Below, in pieces: positions 62,272 through 64,000 of a stretch of 64,000 bases of DNA. The translations under genes were made by a program, and so were the position numbers. Under the pieces are notes generated by a model. It was not told the DNA's origin. It made no database searches and worked only from the letters and a program-made list of their open reading frames with translations. Position 1 is the stretch's first letter. Each line of letters opens with the position of its first letter. This stretch comes from Macrostomum lignano (taxonomy: Eukaryota): the NCBI GenBank assembly GCA_002269645.1, contig NIVC01000414.1, positions 372,001-436,000 on the forward strand, read 5' to 3'.

Positions 62272-63329
62272 GACTGGAAGCTCAGTCGCAGGTGTCTCAG
62301 CTCAGCCCAGAGTCCGGCAGGGCAGCGGCCGCCTCTGAAACAGATTTTATTGGCAGATTTGATGGAACGGCAGAACTGCTGCAATATCAGTGCGAGGCTA
62401 CTTGAATTAGTAGTGCATTGAGCAGCCCTGAATCTGATTGAGCTCTGATTGCGAGTCAAATGAGACAGGTACTTAGTTGACGGAATTTATGGAATTTTGA
62501 AGAAATGTTGCAGAATTTTAGATGACTGCGGGTTTGTAAGGACTTCTCATTTTTGTGGACATGCCTTCTCAGGCTGTCCTCATGTCGTTCTTATGTGTGA
62601 AATGTTGAACGCTATTGTCAAATAAGTGAATCAACATTTGTAACCATGGCAATAAATGTAAATTGGTACAGTGTCAGGTATATTTGTATTTAGAAAAGCC
62701 ACGACTGTTACAGCACAGAACAGGGCGTACAAAAGAAGCAGCACAATGGCATGCAAAAGCAGCACAGAGACTGGCAAATGCGCGCAGACCAGCATGGAAC
62801 ATGAGCTCATTGAAAGTGAAGTTGAAAGTGAAAAGTTTCGCATTAGTGAGGAAAAGTAGCAACGAACTTTTACAAGTTGGAACGCCCCTCGCATTGCTTC
62901 TAAAGTGCCCACTGTGCACATTTTGCCCACATTTTGCGACTCCAATGCACACTGTGCACCTTTAATGCACCCAACTCCCCTGTGACACCTGTGCCCCTAC
63001 CGCCTATTTCGTGCCTTAAATTCATTTTTTGACCCTGCGGAGGCACTCAGGTGAACACGCGGTGCGCAAGTGGAACAGAATAGGCATAAGAGAGGCGAAA
63101 GTGGAGCAGAAGGTGCAAAACTCTTCCCCTTTTATGCCTACTTTAGAAATTCTAAATCCAAAGGGAAGCAGACTTTGAGCAAATGCATGCAGCAGGAGAC
63201 AGTCGGAGCAGTGCGAGTTGCGGGTTCGCTCTGGAGCCGAGCAGAACCACGTGAGTTTGAACTGGCACTTATAAAGTACATGATGTGGATTGCAGCCATT
63301 ATGACTAATAGGGGGCACTGACGGCTGAG

Positions 63330-63535
63330 TGTTGGGTGTCTGAGAGTGGATGTCTGAGTGCTGAGTGACTGAGGCCTGGGTGCGTGAGTGCTGGGTGTCA
63401 TAGGGTGGATGTCAGAGGGCTTGATGTCTGAGTGCTGGGTGTCTGAGGGTGGATGTCTGAGTGCTGGGCGTCTGAGTGCTGGGTGTCTGAGTGCTGTATG
63501 TCTGAGTGCTGAGTGTCTGAGTGCTGGGTGTCTAT
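63330..63535. repeat. 15-bp minisatellite (GGGTGTCTGAGTGCT)
   Basis: 15-nt period, degenerate at the left end. Confidence 0.85.
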
Positions 63536-63611
63536 GAGGCAGTGAGGTGCCTGAGGCAGTGATTCAATGAGGTGCCTGAGACGGTGAGCCGAAGTCACAG
63601 GTAGCAGGAGG

Positions 63612-64000
63612 TCACCGCTCCATCCTCTTTCGGTGCCTGAGCACAGTCTCAGACACGGTGATGGAGTGCAGACGCCCCGAGTCCCAACACTGCAGCTTCC
63701 TGGCGGTGTCCCTGCCGATGCCAAACAACAGCATCTCGGTGTCGTCCAGCATGTTGACAATTGAGCAGTGCTCATTGAGCGGCGAGTGCAGAGCTCGGTC
63801 CATGATGGCGCAGACTCTTCCCCTGAGCAGCTTGCACAGGGTGTGGGCGATGTCAGGCCTTGATGCCCCCGGCAGCAGCAGCAGGTGCATGCCCTGCAGG
63901 TACAGCTGAGGTGACAGCTGGCGCAGGTTCACCACGGTGGGGTCAGCGCTGAAGATGTTCTTCTGCGCCTCCGTCAGGCAGCGCGGGGGCTCCACGCGGA
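63612..64000 (-). CDS. GINS3: GINS complex subunit Psf3, 3' part (5' end outside the window)
   Basis: VEPPRCL...NIFSADPTVVNLRQLSP..Y..G..LL...DIA..L.....GR...IMD....LDD.E..LF..G.....QCWDSG....IT.S..V..HRKR resembles, from memory, vertebrate GINS3 (SVELPKIY..VFSADPNVVDLHKMGP..FIGRFRRIMD..FQCWEKG). Confidence 0.85.
   Translation of the reverse strand, partial: RVEPPRCLTEAQKNIFSADPTVVNLRQLSPQLYLQGMHLLLLPGASRPDIAHTLCKLLRGRVCAIMDRALHSPLNEHCSIVNMLDDTEMLLFGIGRDTARKLQCWDSGRLHSITVSETVLRHRKRMER

Overview
Eukaryotic (animal) genomic DNA with spliceosomal introns and a very high simple-repeat load. The style suggests a free-living flatworm such as Macrostomum, but that is inference only. The main content is a minus-strand tandem family of intron-containing ankyrin-repeat (ANK) genes built from the same exons: ANK exon A, a 55-nt exon, ANK exon B, a short symmetric phase-2 linker exon, then an intron filled with a (TGTGCTGTAGC)n repeat. 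Manual splicing shows this module joined to different effectors: a caspase with intact AHG/QACRG motifs (4.0-13.1 kb), an MEKK/STE11-like kinase with the ANK module doubled (54.9-62.3 kb, about 1080 aa, all phases compatible), and a copy retaining only a kinase C-terminal remnant (35.8-38.3 kb). ANK B exons differ mainly at predicted ligand-binding surface positions, which suggests a diversifying sensor-effector (innate-immune-like) family. Also present: a Neptune-like Penelope element with two hammerhead ribozyme motifs, a LOA/Lian-like LINE with RNase H, Ty3/Gypsy fragments, a 2-kb 13-bp array, a 17-kb 24-bp satellite, many minisatellites, and the 3' part of GINS3 (Psf3) at the right edge. 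The very long ORFs in the supplied track are satellite artefacts.
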